A stretch of 64,000 nucleotides of DNA from Flavobacteriales bacterium (GCA_040377305.1 JBEIPA010000016.1:32001-96000), one strand, 5' to 3'. Positions 20,278-31,260 are shown, numbered from the stretch's first letter. The notes: generated from the sequence alone by a model not told the origin. A program made the numbers and translations.

Positions 20278-21660
20278 TTACTTCTGCATGTAGTGCTTGT
20301 AGAACAACGGAATAGTCTCAATCCCTTTGAAGTAATTGAAAATTCCGTAGTGCTCATTCGGTGAATGCAACGCATCTGAGTCCAAACCGAATCCAAACAG
20401 TACCGAATCAAGTCCAAGTACAGATTTGAACAGCGCAACAATTGGAATGGATCCGCCACCGCGGGTTGGAATTGGTTTCTTGCCGTATGTTTCCAGCATT
20501 GCATTTGCAGCTGCAGCATACGCAAGTGATGAAGTAGAAACAACAACCGGCTCTCCACCGTGATGATAAGACACTTTCACTTTCACACCTTTCGGTGCAA
20601 TCTTCTTAAAGTGCTCATCAAACAATTTAGAAATCTCTGCTGATGTCTGATTCGGAACCAAACGCATTGAAATCTTTGCAAACGCTTTCGAAGGAAGAAC
20701 AGTCTTCGCACCTTCTCCCGTGTAACCGCTCCAGATTCCGTTCACTTCAAGTGTTGGACGAATGCCTGTGCGTTCAATGGTCGTAAAACCTTTTTCACCC
20801 ATCACCTCGTCGATTTCAAGATCCTTCTTGTATTCATCAAGATTGAATGGAGCTTTGTTCATCTCAGCTCTTTCTTCCGCCGTGAGTTCAGCAACATTGT
20901 TGTAAAAGCCTGGAATCGTAATGTGATAGTTTTCGTCATGCATAGAAGCAATCATACGGCACAATACGTTAGCCGGATTTGCAACTGCTCCACCATAAAC
21001 ACCCGAGTGTAAATCGCGGTTCGGACCAGTTACTTCTACCTCCATGTACGAAAGTCCACGAAGACCAACGTCGATAGAAGGCGTATCGTTTGCAATGATC
21101 GATGTATCTGAAATCAGAATCACATCTGCCTTGAGTTTCTCTTTGTTGTTCTTGAGAAACGTACCGAGGTTTGCAGATCCAACTTCTTCTTCACCCTCAA
21201 TCATGAATTTCACGTTACACGGAAGTGTTTGCGTTTTCAGCATTACCTCCAACGATTTCACGTGCATGAACATTTGTCCTTTGTCGTCGCAAGATCCACG
21301 AGCGAAAATTGCACCTTCAGGGTGAATATCGGTTTTCTTAATTGTAGGTTCAAACGGTGGAGTCGTCCACAATTCCAGTGGATCCGGTGGCTGCACATCG
21401 TAGTGACCGTACACCAAAACAGTTGGCAGTTTCGGATCAATAATTTTCTCAGCATACACAACGGGGTGTCCTTCCGTCGCAATGATCTCCGCATGATCTG
21501 CACCGGCAGCTGTCAACGAAGCCTTCACTGCATCAGCCGTGCGGGCTACATCATCTTTATATTTTGGATCCGCACTCACGGAAGGAATTCTCAGAAGTGC
21601 GAAAAGTTCGTCGAGGAATCGTTGTTTGTTCTGTTCGATGTACTGTTTGTGTGCGCTCAT
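20278..21660 (-). CDS. M20 family dipeptidase
   Basis: YGHYDVQP, ARGSCDDKGQ, EGEEEVGS, DLHSG, HSPNE. Confidence 0.93.
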   Translation of the reverse strand: MSAHKQYIEQNKQRFLDELFALLRIPSVSADPKYKDDVARTADAVKASLTAAGADHAEIIATEGHPVVYAEKIIDPKLPTVLVYGHYDVQPPDPLELWTTPPFEPTIKKTDIHPEGAIFARGSCDDKGQMFMHVKSLEVMLKTQTLPCNVKFMIEGEEEVGSANLGTFLKNNKEKLKADVILISDTSIIANDTPSIDVGLRGLSYMEVEVTGPNRDLHSGVYGGAVANPANVLCRMIASMHDENYHITIPGFYNNVAELTAEERAEMNKAPFNLDEYKKDLEIDEVMGEKGFTTIERTGIRPTLEVNGIWSGYTGEGAKTVLPSKAFAKISMRLVPNQTSAEISKLFDEHFKKIAPKGVKVKVSYHHGGEPVVVSTSSLAYAAAANAMLETYGKKPIPTRGGGSIPIVALFKSVLGLDSVLFGFGLDSDALHSPNEHYGIFNYFKGIETIPLFYKHYMQK

Positions 21661-21859
21661 ATTGATTGATTTTAAGCCCATTTTGCGAGCCGAGGACGAA
21701 AATGGGGTAAAATTCCGTCTGTTGCACGGTATCATTCCCATTTTTTCGCTCATCAATCAAAACACCATGGAAAAGTTGAAATTCAGGGTATAAAAGGTTA
21801 TTTTTGAGGCTAAGCAAACCGTGCATTCCAATCTCCCCGGAATGTTAATTTACAATACA

Positions 21860-23746
21860 ATGACAAAAAAGCTATTCAGTCTGGCGACAACCTGCATGTT
21901 GGTTGGTGGAATTTTTATTTCAAACCAATCGCACGCGCAGATCGCTACAACAACAACATTAACACCTCAGCAGCTCGTAACGAACGTGTTGTTAGGACCT
22001 GGGGTTATTGCTTCGAACATCGTGTACACAGGAGCGCCCGATGCAATTGGTTTTTTCAACGGTGGTATGACCGGAATCACTCCGTTGAACATTGACAGCG
22101 GTGTTGTAATGACGACCGGAACTGTACTCAACAACGGTAATGGTCCGCAAGGCCCGAATATTTCTACAGGAGCCGGAACAGATAATCTTCAGCCAGGTGA
22201 TGCGTACCTCACATCCATTGCAGGTGCAAACACATTCAACGCTGCAATTCTCGAGTTCGACTTTATTCCAATGGCCGATTCCGTGAAATTCCGTTACGTT
22301 TTCGGAACAGACGAGTACATGGAATACGTTTCCGGTGGATTCGCCGACGTGTTCGCATTCGTATTGAGTGGAGTATCGGTTCCTCTTGCTCCAACCAATA
22401 TTGCACTCATTCCATCAACTACAAATCCCGTGACGGCATTAACAGTAAATGCGAATAATAACCCGCAATATTATGTAGACAATGAAAATCCTCCCGGAAC
22501 CTGCGTTCAGTATGATGGATTTACTGTTGTCCTCACAGCGCAATATCCGGTTCAATGCGGAGAAACATATCACATTCGCCTTGCGATTGCAGATGCACTC
22601 GACGGAATTGTTGACGCTGGTGTATTTCTCGAAGCAGGTTCGTTTACCACAGGACAAGTGAATCTTGCAACCGAAATCAGCTATGGAAGCAACAATGATT
22701 CTACTTTGTACGAAGGTTGCGGACAGGCATGCATCATTCTTGCACGCACTGGAAGCACGGCACAAACAGACACAATTTCATTGACGATTTCAGGAACTGC
22801 AGTTAACGGTGTTGATTACGTTCCAACTCTTCCATCCACTGTAATTTTCCAGCCTGGACAAGATTCAATTGTAATCTGCATCTCGGCTGTTCAGGACGGA
22901 AATCCGGAAGGGTTAGAAACACTGATTATTAACTCATCTGCTCAAGGACCCTGCGTGCAAAGTGTAACAAGCCTTACACTTTACATTAGTGATTTCCTTC
23001 CGCTCGTTGCGTATGCAGGGCCAGACACTGCAATGTGCGATCCGAATCCTGTGACCCTCGGTGGACCGGCAACGGGTGGTGTTGAACCTTATTCGTACTT
23101 ATGGAATACGGGCGCTACAACATCGCAGATCACGGTACAGCCAACGGTAACTACAACTTATTATGTTCAGGTTAGTGATCCGTGCGGTTCTCCAATCGGC
23201 ATTGATTCTGTAACTGTTTATCTCCCGAGCGCGAACGCACTTCAGGCGATTGTATCAAACGATCTTGAAATTTGCGATGGTGATGAAGTTCTTATGACTG
23301 TAAGCCCATCTGGCGGATCACTACCTTACACCATTCAATGGTTAACTGCCGTAGGTCCTGACTCAGTGCCAAATCCGAATTCTACGCTCAACATTTTCAC
23401 ACCAACTGCAAATGGAACATTTGTAATTATGGTGCAGGAAGGTTGTGGAGATATCGTAATGGATACAATTACTGTGATTATGAACGATTGCGCTGTTATT
23501 CCTCCGAACGTATTTACACCGGGAAGTGATGGCGTAAACGACTTACTTGTATTCGACGGCCTCGATGATTACCCGAACAGCTCACTGTACATTTATAACC
23601 GTTGGGGTAATAAAATTTACGAGGACATGAACTACCAGAACAACTGGAATGGAAATCAGGTTGTAGACGGTACCTATTATTACATTCTTACATTGAACGA
23701 CGGGCGCAGCTTGACTGGATTCGTCACAATCATCAACGGAAAATAA
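21860..23746 (+). CDS. T9SS type B cargo: choice-of-anchor L-like domain plus gliding motility-associated CTD
   Basis: LEFDF, FRYVFGTDEY, YDGFT; CTD PNVFTPGSDGVND...IYNRWG...GTYYY. Confidence 0.85.
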   Translation: MTKKLFSLATTCMLVGGIFISNQSHAQIATTTTLTPQQLVTNVLLGPGVIASNIVYTGAPDAIGFFNGGMTGITPLNIDSGVVMTTGTVLNNGNGPQGPNISTGAGTDNLQPGDAYLTSIAGANTFNAAILEFDFIPMADSVKFRYVFGTDEYMEYVSGGFADVFAFVLSGVSVPLAPTNIALIPSTTNPVTALTVNANNNPQYYVDNENPPGTCVQYDGFTVVLTAQYPVQCGETYHIRLAIADALDGIVDAGVFLEAGSFTTGQVNLATEISYGSNNDSTLYEGCGQACIILARTGSTAQTDTISLTISGTAVNGVDYVPTLPSTVIFQPGQDSIVICISAVQDGNPEGLETLIINSSAQGPCVQSVTSLTLYISDFLPLVAYAGPDTAMCDPNPVTLGGPATGGVEPYSYLWNTGATTSQITVQPTVTTTYYVQVSDPCGSPIGIDSVTVYLPSANALQAIVSNDLEICDGDEVLMTVSPSGGSLPYTIQWLTAVGPDSVPNPNSTLNIFTPTANGTFVIMVQEGCGDIVMDTITVIMNDCAVIPPNVFTPGSDGVNDLLVFDGLDDYPNSSLYIYNRWGNKIYEDMNYQNNWNGNQVVDGTYYYILTLNDGRSLTGFVTIINGK

Positions 23747-23818
23747 CCCTTTACCTCCCGACTCAGGAAGCTGATAAAGTCGGGAGCCCCACATCCCCAA
23801 CGTGAGGCTCGAAAGTAA

Positions 23819-25972
23819 ATGAAGAAAATTAGTCGCCTTGTTGTGTTATTCTCGCTGCTGATCTGCAGTGGGACTCTCCGCGCTACACATATTGTGGGTG
23901 GTGAAATTTATTATGATTGTTTGGGCAACAACGACTATCGGATAACACTGAAACTGTATCGCGATTGTATAAACGGAGTTGCCGCTTATGACAACCCTGC
24001 TTCCATCGGAATATTCAATACGGCTGGTGTTTTATTAAATAGCATCGGACTTCCGTTTCCCGGTTCAAACTTTGTTCCGCCTACAATCAACAGTCCTTGT
24101 TACACACCTCCGCAAAACGTGTGTGTGGAAGAAGCAATTTATCAGGGCGTTGTAAATCTGCCACCAATTGCAGGAGGGTATGTTATATCCTATCAACGCT
24201 GTTGCAGAAACAATACCATCCTGAATCTGATTAATCCAGGCGGAGTTGGATCGACTTATACAATCAATATTCCTCCAACAAACCTTGCTGTGTGTAACAG
24301 CAGTGCGCGTTACAACAACTTCCCTCCGATTTATTTGTGCGAAGGTGCGCCACTTGTGTTCGACCACTCAGCAACCGATCCGGATGGAGATTCACTCGTG
24401 TACGAATTGTGCGATCCTTTTGATGGAGCAAGCGCGGCTGTTCCGCAACCAGTTCCGCCTGCAGGACCTCCGTATGCATTCGTGCCGTTTGCACCACCAT
24501 ACAGCGGAGCTAATCCGATGAGCGCGAATCCAGCTATGGCAATTGATCCGGTAACAGGATTACTCACGGGCACTCCAAACTTGTCAGGACAATGGGTTGT
24601 TGGTGTATGTTGCAAAGAATATCGCAACGGACAATTGATTTGTGTGAACAAACGCGACTTCCAGTTCAACGTACTTCCGTGTCCGTTGCTCACAGTGAGT
24701 TCTATTCCGAATCAAACGGTTTTCTGTGCAGGTTACACGGTGCAGTTTCAGAACAACAGCTTCAACGCCTCCAGTTACCTGTGGAATTTTGGTGATCCAA
24801 CTACATTTGGTGATACATCGAATGCGTTCCAGCCAATGTGGACTTTTGCCGATACCGGTGTTTACACGGTTACACTCATCTGCAATCCAAACACGTTGTG
24901 TGCTGACACCAATACTTCTGTGTTCGAAATCTATCCGCCTGTTCAACCAAACTTTCTTACTCCAGCCGGACAATGTGTAGACGGCAACAGCTTCGACTTT
25001 TTCATTGGCGGACAGTTCATGGGCAGTGGTACTACTACGTGGACGTTCGGCGCAAATGCAAATCCGCAAAACTCAACGGTCAATGATCCGCAAGACATTG
25101 TTTGGAATTCACCAGGAAATTATCCTGTTACTGTTCAGGTTGATGAGAACGGTTGCACCGGAATATTCACAGACACAGTGATCGTTTATCCAATGCCGAC
25201 TGCAGATTTCAACACGGGTCCATTCGTTGGATGTCAGCCTTTCTACGTGCAGTTTGAGGACAGCTCCATTGCAGGAACTCAATTGTATTACCATTGGGAT
25301 TTTGGTGATGGCGATACATCAAATCATCCGGATCCGTTTCACATTTATCCGAACGTGGGTGTTTATGATGTAACGTTGATTATCTGGACAACGAATGGTT
25401 GCATTTCCATTGATACGATTACGGTTCCCGGTGCAGTAACTGTCAATCCAACACCGGTTGCAAGCTTCGGAGTTTCTGATACATCTGTTTCGATTTTCAC
25501 CCCGTTCATTACGGTTTCTGATTCGAGTTTCGGTGCCGATTCCTGCTGGCTCGATTTCGGTGATGGTTACTGGACGAACGACTGTAACGCGAGTCACACG
25601 TATTGGGCGTACGGCGATTACACGATCACACAAATTGTAGTGAATGAATTCGGTTGTCCCGACACAGCTTACATCCAAGTGGAAGTAACACCTGAACATC
25701 GTTTCTTCACTCCAAATACATTTACTCCAAATGGCGATGGACTCAACGATGTGTTCATGCCTGCGATAATGGGTGCTGAACAATATCATTTCATGATCTT
25801 CGATCGCTGGGGCATGCTCATCTTCGAAACCTACGATATCTACACGGGATGGGATGGACGTTTCAAAGGCAACAAATGTCAGATCGACGTTTACGTCTGG
25901 AAAGTTGATTACCTCGATGTAGAACACATGGAAAGTGTGTCTGTAATGGGGCATGTTAACCTTATTCGCTAG
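23819..25972 (+). CDS. T9SS type B cargo with PKD domains
   Basis: WNFGD/WDFGDG repeats; CTD PNTFTPNGDGLND...FDRWG. Confidence 0.88.
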   Translation: MKKISRLVVLFSLLICSGTLRATHIVGGEIYYDCLGNNDYRITLKLYRDCINGVAAYDNPASIGIFNTAGVLLNSIGLPFPGSNFVPPTINSPCYTPPQNVCVEEAIYQGVVNLPPIAGGYVISYQRCCRNNTILNLINPGGVGSTYTINIPPTNLAVCNSSARYNNFPPIYLCEGAPLVFDHSATDPDGDSLVYELCDPFDGASAAVPQPVPPAGPPYAFVPFAPPYSGANPMSANPAMAIDPVTGLLTGTPNLSGQWVVGVCCKEYRNGQLICVNKRDFQFNVLPCPLLTVSSIPNQTVFCAGYTVQFQNNSFNASSYLWNFGDPTTFGDTSNAFQPMWTFADTGVYTVTLICNPNTLCADTNTSVFEIYPPVQPNFLTPAGQCVDGNSFDFFIGGQFMGSGTTTWTFGANANPQNSTVNDPQDIVWNSPGNYPVTVQVDENGCTGIFTDTVIVYPMPTADFNTGPFVGCQPFYVQFEDSSIAGTQLYYHWDFGDGDTSNHPDPFHIYPNVGVYDVTLIIWTTNGCISIDTITVPGAVTVNPTPVASFGVSDTSVSIFTPFITVSDSSFGADSCWLDFGDGYWTNDCNASHTYWAYGDYTITQIVVNEFGCPDTAYIQVEVTPEHRFFTPNTFTPNGDGLNDVFMPAIMGAEQYHFMIFDRWGMLIFETYDIYTGWDGRFKGNKCQIDVYVWKVDYLDVEHMESVSVMGHVNLIR

Positions 25973-25979
25973 CCTCGTT

Positions 25980-26189
25980 TGCCTGCGGCGCTTACCACGG
26001 CGACGCGGCGTTACGGAGAAAAAAATCTACCGCGTTAATAAATGCCCATGGCCCAACCGGCGGTCACGCAGAATGTGATGTCGGGATCCTAATCCCGTCA
26101 ATGATTTACGCCGTGACCGCCGGTTGAGTTTAGAACAAGAAACACTTTTCCGCCGTTTCTCCGCGTCGCCGTGGTAAGCGTCGCAGACA
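25980..26189. repeat. Nested palindromic element, copy B
   Basis: 29-bp outer IR (2 mismatches) 25980-26008/26161-26189; perfect 15-bp inner IR 26054-26068/26112-26126. Confidence 0.88.
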
Positions 26190-26206
26190 GCCATTATATT
26201 TGTAAC

Positions 26207-26533
26207 ATGAGCGATCAGGTTTTCGATAAACACATTTTCATTTGCACCAACCAACGCGGAGAAGGTGCTGCACGTCGTAGTTGCGGAGAAGCTCATGGCA
26301 TGAGTATCGTTGACGAATTTCGTCGCATACTCAAAGAGAAAAAATTACCGATGCGAATTCGCGCGCAGAAATCCGGATGTTTGGACATTTGCGATTTCGG
26401 TCAGACTGTTGCAGTATATCCGGAAGGAATATTTTACGTTGGAGTTCAGCTGAGCGATGTGCCGGAAATTATTGATGAGCACATTGTGAATAATCGTCCG
26501 GTGGAGCGGTTGCGATTCAGAAGGCGTGCATGA
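26207..26533 (+). CDS. Thioredoxin-like (2Fe-2S) ferredoxin
   Basis: HIFICTN..SC, GCLDIC, VYPEGIFY. Confidence 0.88.
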   Translation: MSDQVFDKHIFICTNQRGEGAARRSCGEAHGMSIVDEFRRILKEKKLPMRIRAQKSGCLDICDFGQTVAVYPEGIFYVGVQLSDVPEIIDEHIVNNRPVERLRFRRRA

Positions 26534-26734
26534 TTGGAATGCGGATTTTTATGCACGTGAGCTGTTGGTGTTCCCTTCGTATCATTCTTGTAAATTTCGA
26601 ATCCGGTATTTGTATCTTATGAGATAGATTTGTTAAGCATATCTCATAAAATCGGATTCACAACCTTAACAAGCACAACAATCATCTGGTTTAAGTAGAT
26701 AGAAAACATCGAACATAGAAATCCGCGTTCCAAT
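26533..26734. repeat. Nested intergenic palindrome (~200 bp)
   Basis: 21-bp IR 26533-26553/26714-26734 (2 mismatches); inner gaatccg/cggattc and ttatgagata/tatctcataa. Confidence 0.75.
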
Positions 26735-27093
26735 TGAATCTCCCCAATCACGCTCCTTCCTCGCTTCACGAAACAGACGTCATCAAACAACTGCTTCCTT
26801 CCGCTATTCAAATTCTCCAAAATGATTTTCTGCTTAGCGGTCTGGAATGTTCCCTCGACAATTTTCAAGGCGATGTATTTCTCCTTCGCGATTCAATAGT
26901 TCCATGCGTTAACCGAACAGGAGGGCCGGGTTCAGAAGCGTTTTATCGTTTGCTCTATCGGGTCGATATTCCTGAAACAAAAGTGGCCGAAGCCCTAAGT
27001 ACCGAAGGAAACACCCCGGTTGCTGTAATTATCAGCGAATTGCTGGTAATCAGGGCGCTACAGAAAGCCTATTACCGGTTAAAGTTCGGTTGA
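26734..27093 (+). CDS. Hypothetical protein
   Basis: ORF fills gap, protein-like C-terminus (LLYRVDIPE, RALQKAYYR); start uncertain. Confidence 0.65.
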   Translation: MNLPNHAPSSLHETDVIKQLLPSAIQILQNDFLLSGLECSLDNFQGDVFLLRDSIVPCVNRTGGPGSEAFYRLLYRVDIPETKVAEALSTEGNTPVAVIISELLVIRALQKAYYRLKFG

Positions 27094-27205
27094 TTTCGGT
27101 ACGTCTCACCAATGAACTGACACCACAGAAACACGTAACTTTGCACTGCTGTTAGGTCTGATACATAAATCGTATCAGTCACAGACCTTACAACACTGTG
27201 TAGCA

Positions 27206-29941
27206 ATGGACAATCTAGATTTCCTAAGTGGAGCCGATCCTGAATCATTAGACGAACTTTATCGCCGGTTTAAAGCAGACAAGAATTCAGTAGACGAAAG
27301 CTGGCGGCATTTCTTTCAGGGCTTCGCATTCGCAAGAAGAAATTACTCCGACTCCGACGGAATTCCTGAACGGGTTAGGAAAGAATTTAACGTGATCAAT
27401 CTGATCAACGGTTATCGTTCGCGTGGACACTTGTTCACGAGAACGAATCCTGTTCGTGAGCGCAGAAAATATAATCCGAATCTCGCGATCGAAAATTTCG
27501 GTTTGGAGAAATCAGATCTTGAAGAAACATTTCAGGCTGGAACACAAATCGGAATTGGTCCGGCAACGTTGAAAAATATCGTTGCGCATCTGGAACAAAC
27601 GTATTGTCGTTCTATTGGTGCGGAGTATATGTTTGTCCGCGATCCGCAGAAGCTGAAATGGCTACAGGAGCGTATGGAGAAGAGCCGTAACGCGCCTTCA
27701 TTCAGCAAGCAGGAGAAAAAAGATATCCTGGAGAAGCTTACGCAGGCCGTACTATTCGAAAGCTTTCTTCACACCAAATTCGTTGGACAAAAACGTTTCT
27801 CATTGGAAGGAATGGAAACGTTGATTCCTGCAATGAACACCTTGATTTGTCATGGTGCGACTGTTGGCATTAGCGATTACGTGATCGGAATGGCTCACCG
27901 CGGGCGATTAAACGTTCTCGCGAACATCATGAATAAGTCGTACCGCGATTTGTTCGTGGAGTTTGAAGGCGCGCCCACCGACGATGCCTTGTACGATGGC
28001 GATGTGAAATATCACATGGGCTTCAGTTCTGATCGTACACTGGAAAATGGAAATAAAGTTCACATCAGCCTTACAGCAAATCCTTCTCACCTTGAAGCCG
28101 TTGCTCCGGTTGTAGAAGGCATTACGCGTTCGAAAATTGATCACGTACATGGAGGGAAAATGAGTGCCGCTTGTCCGATCATCATTCATGGTGATGCCGC
28201 AATTGCCGGACAAGGGGTTGTTTACGAAGTGATACAGATGATGAAGCTGGATGCTTATCAAACCGGTGGTACTGTACACATCGTAACGAACAACCAGGTT
28301 GGATTCACCACGAATTATCTGGATGCGCGTTCATCAACGTATTGCACCGATGTGGCGAAAGTTGTTCTGTCTCCTGTATTCCACGTAAACGGTGACGATG
28401 TAGAAGCGGTGACGTTCGCAATTAAAATGGCACTCGATTACCGTCAGGAATTTGGTCGCGATGTATTTATCGATCTTCTTGGTTATCGCAAATACGGACA
28501 CAATGAAGGAGATGAACCACGCTTCACTCAGCCTGTGTTGTACAAAGAAATTGCAAAGCATCCGAACCCACGTTCAGTGTATGTGGAGCAACTAATAGAG
28601 GATGGCATTATCACCGCTGAAGAAGCGAAAGCCAGTGAAGTGGAATTTAAATCTTTGCTCGAACAGGAATTAGATACTGCGCGCAAAGAAGGAAAAACGA
28701 AAATTACTTCTCACCTCGAAGGACCTTGGAAAGGATTACGTCGTTCGGTGAGCAAAGATTTTGCTTCTTCGCCTGAGACCGGAACGAACAAGAAAGTTAC
28801 GCTCGAGCTTGCCAGAAAGATCAGCACGTTGCCGCCTGAAATGAAGTTCTTCAGTAAAGTCGGAAACATTTTCAAAGATCGCCTGGCGATGATTGAAAAG
28901 GATTCGTTCGACTGGGCAATGGGAGAATTGCTTGCCTATGCAACTTTGCTCAATGAAGGTTTTCCGATTCGTTTTTCCGGACAAGACGTTGAACGCGGAA
29001 CATTCTCACATCGTCACGCTGTTGTAAAGATTGATGAATCAGAGCAGGAATATGTTCCGCTCAATCATCTTTCAGATAAACAGGCGAAGTTTGAAATTTA
29101 CAACTCCCATCTTTCAGAATACGCAGTTCTCGGATTCGAGCTCGGTTACGCAATGGGTACTCCTCGCGGACTCACCATTTGGGAAGCACAGTTCGGAGAT
29201 TTCTTCAATGGCGCTCAGATTATCATTGACCAGTTCCTCACCAGCGCCGAATACAAATGGCGTCGCATGTGCGGACTCGTCATGTTGTTGCCTCATGGAT
29301 ACGAAGGGCAAGGACCGGAACACTCCAGTGCCCGCCTCGAACGTTTTCTTCAGCAATGTGCAGAAGACAATATGCAGATTGTGAATGCAACAACACCGGC
29401 ACAGCAATTCCACGTACTCCGTCGTCAGCTTCACCGCGATTTCAGAAAGCCGTTGATTTGCTTCACTCCTAAAAAACTCCTTCGCTATTCAACTTGCGTA
29501 TCGAAGATGGAAGATTTCACCGATGGAAAATTTGAAGAAGTACTTGATGATACTTCCATCAAACCGGAGAAAGTGAAAAAGCTCGTCTTCTGTTCCGGGA
29601 AAATCTATTACGATCTGATCGAACATCGCGAGAAACTCAAGAATACAGATACGGCAATAGTTCGTATCGAACAGCTTTATCCGATTCCTTACAACCAATT
29701 GGTGTCCATCATTTCCAGATATACCAACGTCAAAGAATACGTTTGGGCGCAGGAAGAACCGGAAAATATGGGTGCATGGAGCTTCATGAACAGAAAATTC
29801 AAAACTCCTACTCCACTCATTTACGTAGGACGTGATGAAGCTGCAAGTCCCGCTACCGGATTTGCTAAAATGCACAATGCAGAAACGTATGCCATCATGG
29901 ACGCAGTGTTCATGCCTGTACTAAAAGATCAAAAAGTATAA
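27206..29941 (+). CDS. sucA: 2-oxoglutarate dehydrogenase E1
   Basis: KRFSLEG, GMAHRGRLN, HGDAAIAGQG, GQGPEHSSAR. Confidence 0.97.
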   Translation: MDNLDFLSGADPESLDELYRRFKADKNSVDESWRHFFQGFAFARRNYSDSDGIPERVRKEFNVINLINGYRSRGHLFTRTNPVRERRKYNPNLAIENFGLEKSDLEETFQAGTQIGIGPATLKNIVAHLEQTYCRSIGAEYMFVRDPQKLKWLQERMEKSRNAPSFSKQEKKDILEKLTQAVLFESFLHTKFVGQKRFSLEGMETLIPAMNTLICHGATVGISDYVIGMAHRGRLNVLANIMNKSYRDLFVEFEGAPTDDALYDGDVKYHMGFSSDRTLENGNKVHISLTANPSHLEAVAPVVEGITRSKIDHVHGGKMSAACPIIIHGDAAIAGQGVVYEVIQMMKLDAYQTGGTVHIVTNNQVGFTTNYLDARSSTYCTDVAKVVLSPVFHVNGDDVEAVTFAIKMALDYRQEFGRDVFIDLLGYRKYGHNEGDEPRFTQPVLYKEIAKHPNPRSVYVEQLIEDGIITAEEAKASEVEFKSLLEQELDTARKEGKTKITSHLEGPWKGLRRSVSKDFASSPETGTNKKVTLELARKISTLPPEMKFFSKVGNIFKDRLAMIEKDSFDWAMGELLAYATLLNEGFPIRFSGQDVERGTFSHRHAVVKIDESEQEYVPLNHLSDKQAKFEIYNSHLSEYAVLGFELGYAMGTPRGLTIWEAQFGDFFNGAQIIIDQFLTSAEYKWRRMCGLVMLLPHGYEGQGPEHSSARLERFLQQCAEDNMQIVNATTPAQQFHVLRRQLHRDFRKPLICFTPKKLLRYSTCVSKMEDFTDGKFEEVLDDTSIKPEKVKKLVFCSGKIYYDLIEHREKLKNTDTAIVRIEQLYPIPYNQLVSIISRYTNVKEYVWAQEEPENMGAWSFMNRKFKTPTPLIYVGRDEAASPATGFAKMHNAETYAIMDAVFMPVLKDQKV

Positions 29942-30006
29942 TTTACATTCTATGATGTACGACGCATGCAGATCGTAAATCGTAAATGACAAATCGTAAT
30001 TGACCT

Positions 30007-31257
30007 ATGGCAATCATTGAACTAAAAGTTCCATCACCGGGTGAATCAATCACCGAAGTCACAATAAGCCGCTGGCTGGTAAAAACCGGCGACGTTGTAG
30101 AAAAAGATCAGGAGCTTGCGGAAATTGAATCCGACAAAGCAACACTTACCATCAACGCAGAAGACGCCGGGAAAGTTGAAATATTCGGGAACGATGGAGA
30201 CGTTGTTAAAGTCGGTGATGTGATTTGCAAAATCGACACCAGCGTAAAACCTGAAGCTGGAGCGAAAAAGGCTTCGGCAAAGAAAGAAACTCCAAAGAAA
30301 GAAGAAGCAAAAGCCGAGGAGAAAGCAACGCCTGTTGAGACAGCGTCAACAAAGTCTGAAAATGCGAAAGCGACTCCTGTTGCGAAAAACATTATTGCGG
30401 AGCACAAACTCGAATCCAAATCCATCCACGGAAGCGGCTCCAACGGCAAGATCATGAAGAATGATGTGCTGTCGGTGCTTGCGAATGGTTTTGATCAGAA
30501 AGCTGTTGCCGGTGGCTGGGGCGGAACGCGAGAAGAACGCAAAGAGAAAATGTCTCCGTTACGGAAGAAGCTTGCTCAGCGTTTGGTTTCGGTGAAGCAG
30601 AATACTGCAATGCTCACTACGTTTAATGAAGTGGACATGAGCGCTATTATGGCTATACGTGCGAAGTACAAAGAGCAGTTCAAAGAAAAATTCGGTGTGA
30701 ATGTTGGCTTCATGTCCTTCTTCACGAAAGCCGTTTGTGAAGCCTTGCATTTATTCCCCGCAGTGAATGCGTACATCGAAGACGAGAACATTGTGTTTCA
30801 CGACTACTGTGACATCGGAATTGCGGTGAGTGCACCGAAAGGATTAATGGTTCCCGTAATTCGTAACGCAGAAGTAATGGGACTCGCACAGATCGAAGGC
30901 GAAATCAAACGTCTTGCACTCAAAGCACGCGACAGCAAACTTACAATCGATGACATGAGTGGTGGAACGTTCACCATCACCAACGGAGGAGTATTCGGCT
31001 CATTAATGAGTACACCTATTCTGAATCCACCGCAGAGTGCAATTCTCGGAATGCACAATGTGGTTGATCGCCCGGTTGCTGTAAACGGACAAGTTGTAAT
31101 TCGCCCAATGATGTACGTTGCGCTCAGTTACGATCACCGGATCATCGATGGCAAAGACAGCGTGAGCTTCCTCGTGAAAGTGAAAGAGATGCTGGAAAAT
31201 CCGATGAAGCTACTGCTCGGCGGAAAGAATCCGGAAGAGGTTATTCTGGGATTGTAG
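30007..31257 (+). CDS. sucB: 2-oxoglutarate dehydrogenase E2 dihydrolipoyl succinyltransferase
   Basis: Lipoyl [25 protein letters not shown]. Confidence 0.96.
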   Translation: MAIIELKVPSPGESITEVTISRWLVKTGDVVEKDQELAEIESDKATLTINAEDAGKVEIFGNDGDVVKVGDVICKIDTSVKPEAGAKKASAKKETPKKEEAKAEEKATPVETASTKSENAKATPVAKNIIAEHKLESKSIHGSGSNGKIMKNDVLSVLANGFDQKAVAGGWGGTREERKEKMSPLRKKLAQRLVSVKQNTAMLTTFNEVDMSAIMAIRAKYKEQFKEKFGVNVGFMSFFTKAVCEALHLFPAVNAYIEDENIVFHDYCDIGIAVSAPKGLMVPVIRNAEVMGLAQIEGEIKRLALKARDSKLTIDDMSGGTFTITNGGVFGSLMSTPILNPPQSAILGMHNVVDRPVAVNGQVVIRPMMYVALSYDHRIIDGKDSVSFLVKVKEMLENPMKLLLGGKNPEEVILGL

Positions 31258-31260
31258 CGA

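Noticed and set aside
20106-20315. Short ORFs over the palindromic elements (also 26027-26296)
   Set aside because: GC-rich repeat-derived open frames, not conserved between the two copies.
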